DNA of 64,000 bases from Phaeosaccion multiseriatum (taxonomy: Eukaryota > Protista > Ochrophyta, other classes): assembly GCA_965112735.1 (NCBI GenBank), contig OZ218960.1:62001-126000 (forward strand). The letters are read 5' to 3'. The notes under the pieces were generated by a model that was given only the letters and a program-made list of their open reading frames with translations, made no database searches and had not been told where the DNA came from. This document shows positions 35,129-48,644 of the stretch, in pieces (the first letter of the stretch is position 1; each line of letters opens with the position of its first letter). A program made the position numbers and the translations under genes.

Positions 35129-36027
35129 ATGTTGAGGCGCACGCAGTCGCTGTCGTCCAGAGAAAAGACGGGGAAGGGGAAGGGGGAGGGAAGGAGTGGC
35201 GAGGGTTCTGCTGGCGCTGCTCGTGCTGCTGCTGCTGGTGCTCTTGCTGCCGCTGCTTCTGCTTCTACTGTTGAGAAGCCCGTCTTCCAGCGGAGACCAA
35301 TCTCCTCTTCCGCGAAGCGAGAAGGGAAGCCAAGTGTTGCGCCATCGAGAGGTTTCGCAAAATCCCCCTCCAAGGGGGAGGCATACTGGGACTTTAAGCA
35401 CAGTTATGTTGATCCCCGCACGTTGGGCCACACCTGCAGGGAGTGCAGACAGCCCTTCACGACGCTGGGAGAGCAGATCACCTTAAGGAGAGGAGGGAGA
35501 ATCGAACTCAGGTAATGGAGGGGAATGTAACAAGGGTTCTCTCTCCTCCCCTTCACCATGCCCCCCTTCCTGCCTCCGCGGCCGGCCCTATACCCTTATC
35601 CTCCTGCCCCACTCGACTCGGTAATGAACCCGTCCATGCATACGCAGGTACCACAATGAGTGCTTCTCCGGCATTGCTGACCCGCGATCGCAGCGCAGGA
35701 GCTCCGCCAACCTCGGAGAGTGGGCCGCGGGTCTGCAGAACACCACCGCGCCGGAGAAGCGGTACCACAAGATGAGGTGAGCACGAGGAGGAGAGGGAAA
35801 AGATTGACCTCACTCGGATGAACTCGCTTTCCTTTCTTGCTGGGGTCTGCTCCTGGTGTGTAATGCTATTTGATGTCTCACTCTCTCTCTCTGTGTCTCT
35901 GTCGCTTTCTGTCCCTACTTATCTCTCTCTCTCGCTCGTCTCTCTCTATCCCTCTCTCTCTTTCTCTCTTTCTCCCTCCCTCTCTCTCTGTCCATCCACT
36001 CTACTCAGGACGAGCTCTCATTGGTGA
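35129..36027 (+). CDS. Small protein with a PARP-type zinc-finger-like domain
   Basis: Exons 35129-35511, 35649-35776, ~36010-36027. TCRECRQPF...GEQITLRRGGRIELR|YHNECFSGIADPRSQ fits CxxC...HxxC spacing. Confidence 0.7.
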
Positions 36028-37781
36028 CGGACAAGTCGACAAGTCAAACAATATGCCCATTCTTCTTCTCCCGTGTTTTTGGAGGGAAAGGCAGGAGAGG
36101 AGGTGGTAGTCTGAAGGGGCTTCACTCGGCAGCTGAGAGGAGCATGCGTGAGGCCTTCGCCTCCCTGTGACATGATGACGATGAGAGCAGGGGTGGAAAT
36201 CGGGAGCGAGAGGGGCAAGCAAGGGAGGGAGCGAGACCTGCCCCTCTCCCCTCCGCCAGCGTCAGCGCACACGAAGCGTGCCGGCGCGAGCACTCATCAG
36301 CGCTTCGAGCAAGGCTAAGGTACCATGTACATGTAGTCTGTGGGATGGATGAAGTGAGGGGCGAGTCTTTGCCATGGCGATTGGAGTGGACGGAGAGGAG
36401 GGAGGAGGCTCCATGCGATTGACTCGCTCCTTGAGAGAGACGTAACCGACGCACGCGCTGCACCAGCCCACATCCTGCCACCCTGCCCACAGGGAAGGGG
36501 ACGCTCGAGGGGAGGGGGGGTGTCTTCCCTTCACAGGCCCGCCGACGCTGATGATGCTACTGATGCTGCTGATGCTGCTGATGCTACTGCTGCTGCTGCT
36601 GCTGCTGCGGATGCTGCTGATGTTGCTGCCCGACCGACCGGATGGGTATGGGTAGGACACTTCCTGGAGCGGGATGGCCCAGAGAAGCCTCTTGTTCCCG
36701 GCCGGATGGGATGTCGTGCCCCTGGAAGACCTCGCCGCATTCGAAAGCAGTGCCAGACGGACTTGTCGGAGACGCAAGTGTGGGAGGGAGGGCAGCGCCT
36801 GGGAGGATGAAGGCAGCGACTGCCCAAGAGCGAGGAGGGGGTGGCGATAGTGAGCGGGGCAGGAGCACGGGCCTCGCCAGCGATATGTCTTCTGGTGCTG
36901 CTGCTGCCAGTGCTGGTGCTGGTGCTGTTGCCGCTGCTACTACAAGGAGGGACGGTGATGTTGAGATGGAAGGACAAGGACGTCATACAAAGCGAAGTCG
37001 AAGAAGGGCATGCAGAGAGGGCAGAGAGGGCAGAGAGGGCAGAGAGGGCAGAGAAAGCGTCCCCGGCCTCCTTCCAGTGTCGAGGAGTGTCGAGCTCAAC
37101 CTCGGGACTCGTTTTGATGACGGCTGTGGTGAAGGGTTGTGGGACAAAGAGGACAAAGAGGACAAAGAGGACGAGGAGACGGCGGTCTGTCCGACTGGGA
37201 CTCTCTTCGGCGGGAGACGCAGGACAGGCACCGGAGGGAGAGGGAGAGGAGCGAGCAGGAGGCGCAGAGGCGGAGAGCAGGATCGATCAAGATGGAGAGC
37301 AACGACGCAGCTGAGCGAACCCAAAGAGAAGACGAAGAAGGACAAGCAGGAGGAACACGAGAGAAGGAGAGGAGAAAGAAGGAGGGCCGAGAGGGAACGG
37401 GGGGGGCGTGTGCAGGCTGTGGATCTGGACGAGGGGCGGAGGGGCACGAACTAACGAACTGGTTAGGGCGTCATGTGTAAAGCTGGCGAGGGATGAGGGC
37501 CGCCGAGCGACTCAAAAGGAGAAAAGGGGTAGAAAGACAAACGTTGCTTTTTACTTTTGGTAATCCGACGACGGGCTCCCGAGTCTCGCCGAGGCAACCT
37601 CGAGCAAAACAAGCAAACAAAACAACACATAAGAGAAGAAAAAAGATAGCCTAAGAGAAGCTAAAGATGACTAGAGTAAGTGCGGAAGGCCGCGGCAAGC
37701 CGCAATAGCCGAGAGCGTCGAAAGCCACAAGAGCCAGTTAGAAAACCAGCAAGTAGACAAAGGAGATTGCGGGAAGGGACC

Positions 37782-40700
37782 ATGAGGCTTCAATTGCGTC
37801 CCCTGCGCTTCTGCCTTGCTACCCTCCTCGCCACCACCTCGGTAGCCTTCTCTGCCTCATCCTCCTCGTCTTCCTCCGGCACTCTGTGCGATGTGGTGGT
37901 CGAGCACAGCCTCTCTGCCTCCTCGGACGAGACCACAGGTGGAAACGGGGTCGTTTGTGAGGGCAGCAACCATCTCATGACGTGGGAGCTGACGGGAGGC
38001 GTCGAGAGCGAGATCAGCGCGGGTGTGCTGGACATTGTCGTTCTCATCGACGAGTCTGGCTCGGTCTGGACGGACTGCAACAGGACCTACGATTGCTACA
38101 ACGAGGTGTGTGGAGCGGTAGATGAGACGAGGCCCCAGTCCATCCATCCATGGCAGAAAGAGCAGGGGGTCCGGCCTCCCCAAACATTGCGCGTTGCTTG
38201 GGTCGGGTACCCCTGAGTACTCCATCTCCCTTTTTTTGTCTCTCCACGCGTTCCCTCGCTCATCCTGCCACTCGCTCGCGCTGTGGTCCTCTCTGCACCT
38301 CCCCGCAGGAGGTGGCCTTCGCCCGAGACCTCATCCTGGAGCTCGACACGGCGGGGGGACTCTTCAAAAATGGCGGCATGGCTGGATACGTTGAGTTCTC
38401 CTCCTACATTAGCGGCTCGGGCACTTTCACCAACGCCTCAGGTAGGGGGCATGTTAGGGAGGGTTGACGAGGAGAGGAGGACGGGCGGTTCCAGGCAGCC
38501 CAGCACCTTCGCCATAGTCCAGCAGGGCAGTGGAGTACAGAAAAATATCAGTGCCACGCAATGACTCTTAACGCGATCCTGAGATACAGGCACAAACACA
38601 CACGTCTACACACACACGCACACAAATCTTTCTTCGTGTCTTTCTGTCTCCCTCACTTTCCCCCCGCCCCTCCTCTCTCTCTCTCGTGGCCTACAGAATG
38701 GACGACGGAGTTGGACGCCCAGACCATCCAGGGGGGCTCCACTGCCATCGGCTTGGCCATCCATAAGGCCCGCGAACTGCTCCTCGCTGTGGATGACCGA
38801 GCTGCACACGAGCAAGTCATTGTGGTCATTACAGACGGGCACGATAACCGAGCCTCCTCCAACGGATATTATCCCGACGCACAGGCAGACCTGGCCCGAG
38901 AGGACGACATGATAGTCTACACAGTGGCGGTGAACGCGTGTGGTGACGGCTCGTGTACCAACGCGGATACCATGCTGGCCATTGCGGGCAGTGCGGAGAA
39001 CGTGATGACCGTCGACGACTTCAGCGACCTCAACACCAACTTGATCTCCGAGGTAAGTGTGTGTATGTGTGTGTGTGCCGTTCTTATCTTACTTTGTTTG
39101 CTTTCGCCGCCATTGTCGACTCCATCGCACGGGACCACTCATGCCTACCCGTTTCGGCCTCCTCTCCATTTCCTCCCTCTTCTCTCTCCTCCTCTCCCTC
39201 TCTCTCCTTCCCTTTCCTACCCCCCTCTCCCTCCTTCTCTCCAAACCACCCCACTCCTACCCCCCCTCTCCCTCTCTGCTGCTCCCCTTTCAGCTGGTCG
39301 ACTCTATCCAAGTGCCGTGCGTGAACAACGCCACTCTCACCTTTGACTTCGGAAGTGACGCCCTTGCCCTGCCCAAGGCCGGCTCAGTCTCTGCCGCAAA
39401 CGACACGACCTTCCTGCAGACGGGATCGGTGGCCACCTGGTCCATTCCCTTGTTGGGGGTGACTCCCAAGCTCTTGCAGTACGAGGTGGAGCTGGAGTGC
39501 TCGTGTGCCGCGGAGGGACGCTCGACGGCTCTGTATGAGAGTGTGGCATACGATGTGAGTGTGAGCTTGCTGGACTGGCCTCTTCGCCTCCTCTCTCCCT
39601 CCCTCGCTGCGTATCTCCCTCCCTACCTCCCTGCCTGCACGGCCTGCTATAGGCACAGCTAATGCTGTCGGCAACCCCCCTTTTAATCGCTGCGAATTGT
39701 ACGTCCCTGACCGCTGCCCACTACAGGATGCGGAGCTGCGAATCGTGGAAGTGGCGTGGGAGGACTTGACGGCCTCGGTGCAGAGCGTGGAGGGGTGTGC
39801 GGAAGCGCCCTCACTGGCACCCACAGCAGCACCAACAGTTGCACCAACAGTTGCACCAACATTCAAGCCTACAGCCCCACCCACAGCAGCACCAACAGCA
39901 GCTCCAACAGCAGCTCCCACGGCGGCGCCAACAGCAGCGCCAACAGTAGCGCCAACAGCAGCGCCAACAGCAGCGCCAACAGCAGCACCAACAGTTGCAC
40001 CAACAGTTGCACCAACATTCAAGCCTACAGCCCCACCCACAGCGGCACCGACTGCAGCCCCCACCGTCGCTCCAACGGCCGCCCCCAGCCCCAGCCAAGC
40101 TCCTCCGACGACGGCACCGACAACGGCACCGACTGCCGCGACGGAGGCGCCTCTGTCGGTATCCGCCACCATCTCGCCAACCGCCGATGTCACCACCCCC
40201 GGTCCCTCTCCTTCGCCATCGTCGTCGTTGGAGCCGTCGCCGTACAGTACCTTCCAGGGCACCCTCGTGGCTAAGGGGCTCTCCTCGTGCGATCAGAACG
40301 AGGCTGAGTGGATGGCCAATACCGAGGGGGCGTTGCTGGAGCTGTTCCCTCTGCTCTATAGCGTGAGCGTTACCACCTCGTGCGAGGCCCTTAGGGAGGA
40401 TGCGGACGCCGCCTCGGCATTCACCTTTGGCGCCGGTTCTTCTGCTGCTCAAGGAGATGAGGATGGCAATCGTCGCCAGCGTCGTCGCCAGCTGTTGGTC
40501 GACTCCAGCAGCGACGGGGGGACACAAGCACAGTCACAAGCACAGGGCCTCGACCTCGAGTTCGCTCGCTCCACCGACTTTGAGCTAAAGTACGTGGACA
40601 GCGACGGTTTCATCTCCGAAGACGAGCTGCCCAGCGGGGACTTTCGCCGCCGTCGGATGAACGAAGCCACGGTGCTGCTGTCGGCGAGCGCCAAGCTCAG

Positions 40701-42120
40701 CCTCGACATTGTGGAGGGCTTCTCTCGCTTCGAGCGCTACAGCCTCTTTGCCACTTCCCTCGGGGTGCCCCTTGCCGACTTGACCCTCTACCGCATGGGC
40801 TTTACGCAGAACCCCCTCACAGCGCCGTCGCCAGTTGAGAATGACGACAACACGGCGGCCGTGGGGGCCATCGTGGCGAGCTGGAGCGATGGCAGCAGTC
40901 GCCAGCCCGGCGGAGGGGCCGGTGCGGGGCTTGGTGGCGGCGCCTCGCTCCTGTCCTTGGCAGGGATGCTAGCGGTGCTACTCAGCCTGTGGGCCCTGCT
41001 GCTGTTCGGCTGCCTGAAAGCGAGGCGGTGGTACCGAGCCAAGCAGAGAGGCAAGGCATGGAAGCAGCAGCAGCAGCAGCAGGAGGAGGACGAGGAGCAC
41101 TTGTCTGCGCTGGCCTACTACTGGCGGAGGGCGTCGAGCTCCATCGCCTTCCGACCCGTTTGGGGTGGAGGAGGAGGAGGAGGAGGAGGCGGCGGCGGGG
41201 AGGAGGAGGGAGAGGAAGGCGGCGAAGCAGTTGGTGATACAGCTGCGGCCATGGCGCGATCCAGTGTATTCAGTAAGCGCTCTTCCACCGGACATTTTGC
41301 CACGCCTCCCATCACGCCTCAGCCGCTGCTTGTGCAGAACGACCCCGAGGAGGAGCACGTGCTGTGGTCCAACGAGTCAGACTCGGAACAAGAGGGAGAG
41401 GACGCGGAGAACGACCGGGAGGACGACGACGACGACGAGAAGGAGGGCGAAGCTGCTGGCGGACACAACACACAAGCTGTGGCAGGGGAGCGGCAGAAGA
41501 AGTCCATCTTCCGTAAGCTCGTGTCTTCCCCGCAGAATAAGAACAAGAGCAAGAAGAACAAGAAGGAGAAGGACGACGCCAAGCTGCACGGCGGACGCGT
41601 TCCGCAGCAACCACCCCAGAGCAGAAACCCCATGTTCAAGCACCACCAGCGCTCCGTCTCGGCGGTGCCCCCCTCCGGGGGAGGCGCTGGGGCCAAGGGG
41701 AGAAAGGGTTCTGCCCCATCGCCGCCTGTGCCCTCTGCGATAGACATTATCGACACGCTCGACTTTGACACCAATGACGACTTTGGTGTGGGAGGAGGGG
41801 GAGGAGGGAGGGAAGGGGAGGAGGAGGACGAGGAGTACCCGCAGCAGCAGCAGCAGCAGCAGGGGCACCGCCATGAGCAGACGGCAGGGAGACTGTTCGG
41901 GGACCACTTCTTTGGCGACGGGGTGGCCTTTCCTCCTGACGATGGAGGATATGCGGGGGCCGCACACAGCCGATTACAAGAGTCCTTCGAGGGCTTCGTG
42001 GACAAGCTACAGCAGGGCGGAGGGAGGGGGAGGGGAGGAGAGGGGGAGGAGGAGGACGACGACGAGGGGCTGGCGGCGGCCATGCTGAGGGAGGAGAAGG
42101 GCTCGCGCTTTGGCCACTGA
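37782..42120 (+). CDS. Type I membrane protein: signal peptide, VWA domain, Pro/Thr/Ala mucin-like stalk, TM helix, long acidic cytoplasmic tail
   Basis: About 5 exons (37782-38105, 38309-38441, 38697-39052, 39294-39554, 39727-42120). MIDAS motif LDIVVLIDESGSV, GGSTAIGLAI, VIVVITDG, VYTVAV. (PTAA/PTVA)n stalk. TM LLSLAGMLAVLLSLWALLLFGCL followed by KARRWYR. Confidence 0.88.
39817..40140 (+). repeat. Coding 12-bp repeat array encoding (PTAA/PTVA)n
   Basis: About 25 units with a higher-order duplication (APTVAPTVAPTFKPTAPPT occurs twice). Confidence 0.9.
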
Positions 42121-42291
42121 TACAGTTACAGCCACGCACGCACCAAGTTCGTTGGGTTGTGCCTCGGTGTGAGGCCTCGAGGTACTTGATTGAGGAAATG
42201 GAGTATGGGACGGGGTAAGCTGAGTAGGAAGATGATAAGAGAGAGGGAGGGGGAGGGGGGAGATGGTGACTGAGGGAGAAGGTACAGAACC

Positions 42292-42323
<32 letters not shown>

Positions 42324-42613
42324 GAAAGAGAAGGGGATGGGGGAGAGGGAGAGAGGAAGAAGGGGAACTGTACATACAGACGACTGAGGGCTACTATTGA
42401 TATATACACGCAGGGAGAGTGAAGAGAGAGTGGAAGACTCCCTTTACACACAGTCTCGTAATAACATGATACCAAACCTTCGAGTCAGACATGCTACACA
42501 TGCCAACCAAAAAGAAGGTGTGTCTTAACTCCTCTAAATGGTGCTTCGGGAGGGGGACGCGCCGCCCCGTTTCGAGCCGCAACAGCCCCCGCCCGCGCCA
42601 GACCAGGCTGACG

Positions 42614-44835
42614 TCATAGAGCTGCAGATGTCACAGAAGATCTAGGTCTGCTCCAGCGGGGCCAGCAGGCTGACGTCATCGATCTGCTCACGTCATGAGC
42701 CCGCTCTTTGATCATGAGCATGAGAGCGGCAGACAGCACCCCCCGGGAGAGCTCCGGCGCGAGGCCTCTGAACAGTGCCCACGGGCCCTCGTCACGCACC
42801 ACGAGCGCCAGGCTGCCCAGGATGCCACTGTTGGTGTCAGGACTGCTGCGGCTGCCCATATGACTGCTGCTGGTGTGAGCACGGCTATCAGGACTGCTGC
42901 TGCTCTCCCGAGGCGGCGGTGGGGCGTGAATTGTATCCCGTTGGTCTGCTTCCGCTTCCGCTTCCTCCTTCCCTTCCTCTTCCTCTTCTTCCTCCTCTTG
43001 CTCCTCGCGCTCCTCCTTCGTCGAAATACTAGTGCTAGAAATACCACCACCACCACCAGCGCCATCATCCGCACCACCGCCACCACTACTGCTGCTGGTG
43101 CTCTCGGCGGCGCTGGCCTTGGCCCTGCTCATCATGATGACCTTGCCCCGAATGTAGGGGAACACAATGACGGTAGCGATGGCCCTTGCCAACGCCCCCA
43201 AAGCGAAGGCCTCCCCTGCCCCGAGGTTGCTCCCGCTCCTCCTCCCCTGGGCCAGCAGCAGGGCCGCCTTGACTCTGTTGAACACGGCGTACTGAATGGC
43301 GGGCTTGAGGCAGAGCACCACGTAGGCCTGGGCATGAGAGATAGGGGGGCAGGAATGGGGCACACATGGGGCATGAATGGGGTATGAGAGGGCCTTCGTA
43401 TACATTGGTATTCATACACTGGTGTTGGTATCTACACGGGTGTTGGCACCGTAGAGCATGAGAGAGCGCGTGAGTGCGTGGGTGAGTGTGGGTGTGAGTG
43501 CGTGCGTTATGAAGGGTGGGTGGAAGTATATCGGACATGATCAGAGAGGATCGGAGACGGGGCCGAGGGAGGGGAGGGAGCGGGTGTGTGTGCAGGAGAG
43601 GGAGAGGGAGGGAGAAGGAGAGGGCGAGATGGAGGTGGGTGGAAACAAGAGGGCGTCCGAGGGAGGATGGCAGCAGACGTGAAGACACAGAGGGGGCCCA
43701 CGGGAGGGAGCGAGGACGTTGAGCATGGGTGGAGGTACATGGGTATGCCCATGAGACTAGTCTCACTTCAGCCCCGCAGGACTGGCCGTGTGCGGCAGTC
43801 CTCTGATCTTCTCCCCTCTCCCCCTTTGGTCCTCTCCCCTCTCTCCACCCGCCTACTCTCTTCTACCCTGTCTCTTCTGCCCTCTCCCCTCTTCCCCTAC
43901 CCCCTGTCTCACTCCATCTTTGGCCCTCTCCCCTCGCCCGCTCTTCCCTCTCCTCCTCCGCCCTCTCCCGTCTGCCCCCCCCCTCACCTGCATCCCCTTG
44001 TAGAGGCCCTGACTGCCTTCCTTGCTGAGTATGGCTTGCAGCAGGCCCACCACGCCCCCGTACTGCGCCGCCCCGCCAGATGTGATGATTCGAGTCACCA
44101 ACACCTGATGGTTCATGCATGTGTGTGCGTCGATGTTAGGCCCCACCCCACATCTCGGGCCCAGTGGCCTCTCTGCTCCCTCCTCTTTCCTCTTCAATAT
44201 CCTCATCTCCCCTTTCCCCCTCTCCCTCCCTCCCCTCCCCCCCACCTCCTCCCCTCCTACCTCCATTGGGATGGTGACGGGCAAGTGTGAAGCCTCTGAC
44301 AAGTAGCCCAGCACCAGGTCCGTAAGCGTACTAGGCTGCTGCTGGGGACGGCCGCGCATCACGAGTCTGGGAAGGACGGAGGCGGGGGGGTCGTACCAGC
44401 AGGTCAACCAATCACATCGCTGGCCCCTTCTCTTTATATGTAGTTGAGTCGCAGGCTACTAGATCCTGCCTCAATGAAATGAGATACCGCTTCCTTTCAT
44501 AGGGTGGAAGCCTCGACCTTCCATGCTCTGCCCAAGAGAGTGGAGACGGACAACCAGCACACTCACCTCCGCAGACCCGTATACACAAAGAAGTACGCAG
44601 CTTTGTCGACAGCACTCTGCAAGGAGGCGTAGCCCACCCCGTCAAAGAATCCTGCAATGCCACGTGCCTTCCATACCTCCTTCACCACACCCTCCTCTGC
44701 GGGTTTCTCCTTCTTCTCCTCGCCATTCTTTCCCGCTTGCAATTTGGTTTTGACGACTTGGAGCGGGAAAAGTATAGCGGTAGAAAGAGCCCCACCCACA
44801 GCTGCTGCTCCAGCTGCCGCCACCTGCTGCTCCAT
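42614..44835 (-). CDS. Mitochondrial-carrier-family (SLC25) protein, peroxisomal adenine nucleotide/cofactor carrier (PMP34/ANT1-like)
   Basis: Four exons carry three carrier repeats: FPLQVVKTKLQ...GIAGFFDG, IPME|VLVTRI...EGSQGLYKG|...PAIQYAVF, and FPYIRGKVIM...EGPWALFRGLAPELSRGVLSAALMLMIKE. Confidence 0.85.
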
Positions 44836-45485
44836 CTTCGAATGAAAGAGGGGAAAGTTCTTAGGGTTAGCCTTTAAGTGGGGGGGGGAGGGGGAAAGGG
44901 GGATTTTAAGGGGGAAAAGAAAGGAAAAGAGAAAAAGGGTGGGTGGTGGGAATTCAGTTGTCGCCATTTGCAATCCCCGTCCCACCGCTTTCTTAAGTCA
45001 ATATATGTGTCCCACCGCTTTTCCTTCCTTACCTGCTCGATATAGAGGAGGCACTTTAGGGCGGGGGCTCTGGTATTTTGGGCTGCAAGACATCCTTCTG
45101 TAAGACCCGATGGCCCTTACGGAAGGAACAGGAATTTCAGTTTGTTAGGCCTCCACACGCTGGACTTGACAGAATAATAAAGAGAGCGAGGGGAGTGCTG
45201 TCGGTGAAGTGAAAGTAAGGAAGTGCATAGGGGGAGATGAGGGAGAAAGCTCATGGGCGAAGAGCAGCTCCAGTTTGAGTATACATTTGTCTATAGAAGG
45301 AGAAGAAGGATGGAAGACCCCCCCCCCACCTTTCTCTGGTCTACTCGGGTGGTGATGGAGTGGTGGTGCTGACTCCCACTCCCCACTCCCCTCCGACCCA
45401 ATCAAAACCTTCCACTCAGGTCTGCTCAGGTCTGCCAGCCTGAAAAAGTAGTTCGACTCTTCTCCGCCTCCCTCTGGCCCGCCCA

Positions 45486-46146
45486 TCACCCGCTCCTCTC
45501 CTCCTCCTCCTGCTCCTCTTCCTCCCCCTCCTCCTCTAGTCCCCCCCCCCCTCCTCCTCCTCCTGCCGTCACCTCCTCGGATTGGCCGCCTCCCCCCCGG
45601 GGCCGGATGAGACGCAACTCCCTTAGTTCACACAGCGGTGCGACACTCGGCCTCCCGTGCGCGCACTGAAAGGGCAGGCTGCAGCGGGACAGCTGTGACA
45701 CGATGGACGAGCACTGCGCCAGGCTCAGTAAGTCACCGAAGCGGACGGCGCTGTGACACGCCTTGTACTGCAGGATGTGGTGCACCTGCAGATGGCAGTG
45801 GATGGTAGGGGATGGCAGGGTATGGCAGGGGATGGCAGGGGATGGTAGGGGATGGCAGGGGATGGCAGGGGATGGCAGGGGATGGCAGGGGATGGCAGGG
45901 GACGGTAGAGGGATGGCAGTGAACGTCAGTGAATGGCAGTGAATGGCAGGGGGCGGCAGGGGGTAGCAGGGGAAGGTAGAGGGATGGCAGTGAATGTCAT
46001 GGCAGAGAGGGAGGATTTCGGTCAGTCGGTCGGTCAGTAGGGTGTAGTACACGTGTGTGTACATCGGCGAGGGGGCGAAAGCAGACAAGGCGGTACGAGC
46101 CTGGGGGGGTGAGGGGAAGCTCAAAAGGAGAGGGAGAGAAAACTCA

Positions 46147-46181
<35 letters not shown>

Positions 46182-47143
46182 AGTACTCACATGTGCGGGC
46201 TTCACCCAATCGGGACTGCCGACATGGTGCTCTACCAAGTGGTCGACGAAGCCAAGCATGTCCCGCGTAGAGAGGCGCACGCCCATCACAGACGGCACCG
46301 CACTCACCAACACAGTCACCTCCGACGCCTCTGATGACTCCCATGCCTCCGACTCCGACCCTGACTCCGCCCCCGCTTCGGCCTCCCCGGGGTCCTCGGC
46401 GTCGGCCTCTAACGAGCGTGGTCCCGCTTGCCTCTCTCCTTCGCACCCGTGCTCTTGCCCTTGCCCTTGCTCTTGCCCTTGCCCTTGTTCTTGTCCTTCT
46501 CCCTCCGCAGCGATGCGGCCTCTGCCTGTATCCGACGCTGCTGAGCGAGCCCCCTCCCCCTTCCCCCCCATCCCCTCGAAGCGAAACTGGAACTGCCAAT
46601 TGGCCAGCTGCGGCTCGAAGCGGCGCAGGGCGCTCGCATAGTGCGCAGACACACGGATTCGATCCGGCGGCTCGAGTGTGAGGCGCTGCACGTTCCGCTC
46701 CGTCCTGTCCGCCCCATAAACTGCCGTCTCGAAGGCGTCCAGCTTCACGCGCTCATCGGCTGCGTGCTGATCCAGCAGCAGCAGAGAGGAGGCCCCGGTG
46801 TGCACCCGCCCGTGCCTCCCCTGCCCTTGACCCAAGCATTGCTGCGCATTTCCTCCTCCCCCACTTGCTCCTCGCCATTCACTGCCATCACTCGGAGGCT
46901 CTAGTCTGGTGCGCACGACGATGAATCGGAGGTCCACCTGTGTACAATGCGGCGTGTCCAGAGACAAGCAAGCAAGAAAGACGCCGAGGACGTTAGAACA
47001 GCAGCAAGGGCCGAGATGAACTTGCCCTCCCCTCATCTCTCGTCACCCCCCCCTCCCTTCCTCGTCCGTTCTCCCCTCTTCCCCTCCTTCACTCTCCCCT
47101 GTCCAACTTGGGCGACAGTTGCAAAGGTCCTACTGTACCATCA

Positions 47144-47176
<33 letters not shown>

Positions 47177-48594
47177 GGTATCGCGTTATATTAAGTGTTT
47201 CCTGCGCCCACCTCCGCATACTGAGAAGAAGAGAAGGAGATAAAAGATGCCCCACAAGGTTACATCCTCACCCCCCACCCCTCACCCCTCACCCCTCACC
47301 TGTCCGATGACGTGTGCGTCTCTCAGCGCATGTGGAGAGAGACTGACGGGGTCCGTCACCAGCGCCGCTGCTTCCTGGGAGAGCGACGCGTCCGCGATCA
47401 CAACTGGATCATTCGCATCACCACCGTCCCCCCATCCGCTGTCACCCCCCTCCCCATCGCTGCTGTGCGCCCTCCATCCACTGCCACCCCCCTTCCCCTC
47501 CCCCTCCCTTCTCGCTTGCCTCATCGCCTGGGCCCAGGCCTGTCCTCCCCCCTTTCTCCAGCGGCGGATCCTCTTGCGCGCAGGACCTGCCCGTTTGCTG
47601 GTGCCGGTTTCACTGCTGGGGCCAGCGACGGCAGCATCAATGCGCGTAAGCTCCCAAGGCAGTTCGTCCTCGCTCTCGTCCCCACCGAAGCCCCCCTCAT
47701 CCTCGAGTCTCCACTCTTCTTCCTCCTCCTCCTCCTCCTCCTCCTCCTGCTGCTGCTGCTGCTCCTGCTCTTCTTCTCCCTGCTGCGGCAGCTGCCCCTT
47801 GTCGAGTCTCCTCTGCTCCTCTCCATCCTCCTCCGTTCGCAGTCCCCCCCCCCCCTCCTCCTCCTCCTCCTCCTCCCATCCACTGCCATCCCCCCCCTCT
47901 TGCAGCCCCCCCTCCTCGACTTGGAGACCCTCATGCTCTTCGCCATGCTCAGCACGCACCCCCCTGCCCCCATCCTCCTGACGTAACCCTACCTCTTGTA
48001 CCTCTTGACATGGAAAGCTTGCAGCCTCCTCTCTGCTGCTCCTGCTGCTGCTGCTGCTGCTCGGCAGGCCACCAGTCCCCTCCTCCCAGTGCCCCTCTCC
48101 ATGCCTCTGCTCCCCCTCACCATCGCATGCCCCGCTTCTGTCTGCATCTGACAAAGCATGCCCAGGCAAGGCACAAGCACCCTTGTCTGCAGATTCTCCC
48201 TCCTCCCCCTTTCTGCCGCCCCTTTCCTCCTCCTTCTCCTCATCAAGTTCTTCTTCCGCTTCTTTTTCCCTTCCACCCCCCCCGACAGCCGCCTGAAGAT
48301 GTCTCACTTCCTCCGCACGTGTCGACCCCTGGGCAGAAGAGAAAGAAGAAGAACACGCAGGAGGAAGAGCAGGGCATTCCCCCAGTCCTTGCCCCACACT
48401 CGCAGGCAGAGCCACCTCGTGTGCTCCCCCCAGCTGGCCCATACGACTGTGTCTGCCTCTCTCGCCATCAAACTCACCACCTTCCGGCGAAGGGGCAGTG
48501 CCAGTGCAGTCATTGTAGCCCAATGGCCCACCTGAGGGGATGGCAGCTAATGGCTCTGGAGAGGGTAGAGGAGCGGCCTCTGCTGGTTCTACTC

Positions 48595-48644
<50 letters not shown>

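Noticed and set aside
41227-41243. Possibility that GCAGTTGGTGATACAGC is adapter or primer contamination (loosely like the SMART oligo AAGCAGTGGTATCAACGCAGAG)
   Set aside because: It does not match that oligo, occurs with natural-looking variants, and preserves reading frames in exons. Raw-read confirmation is still advisable.
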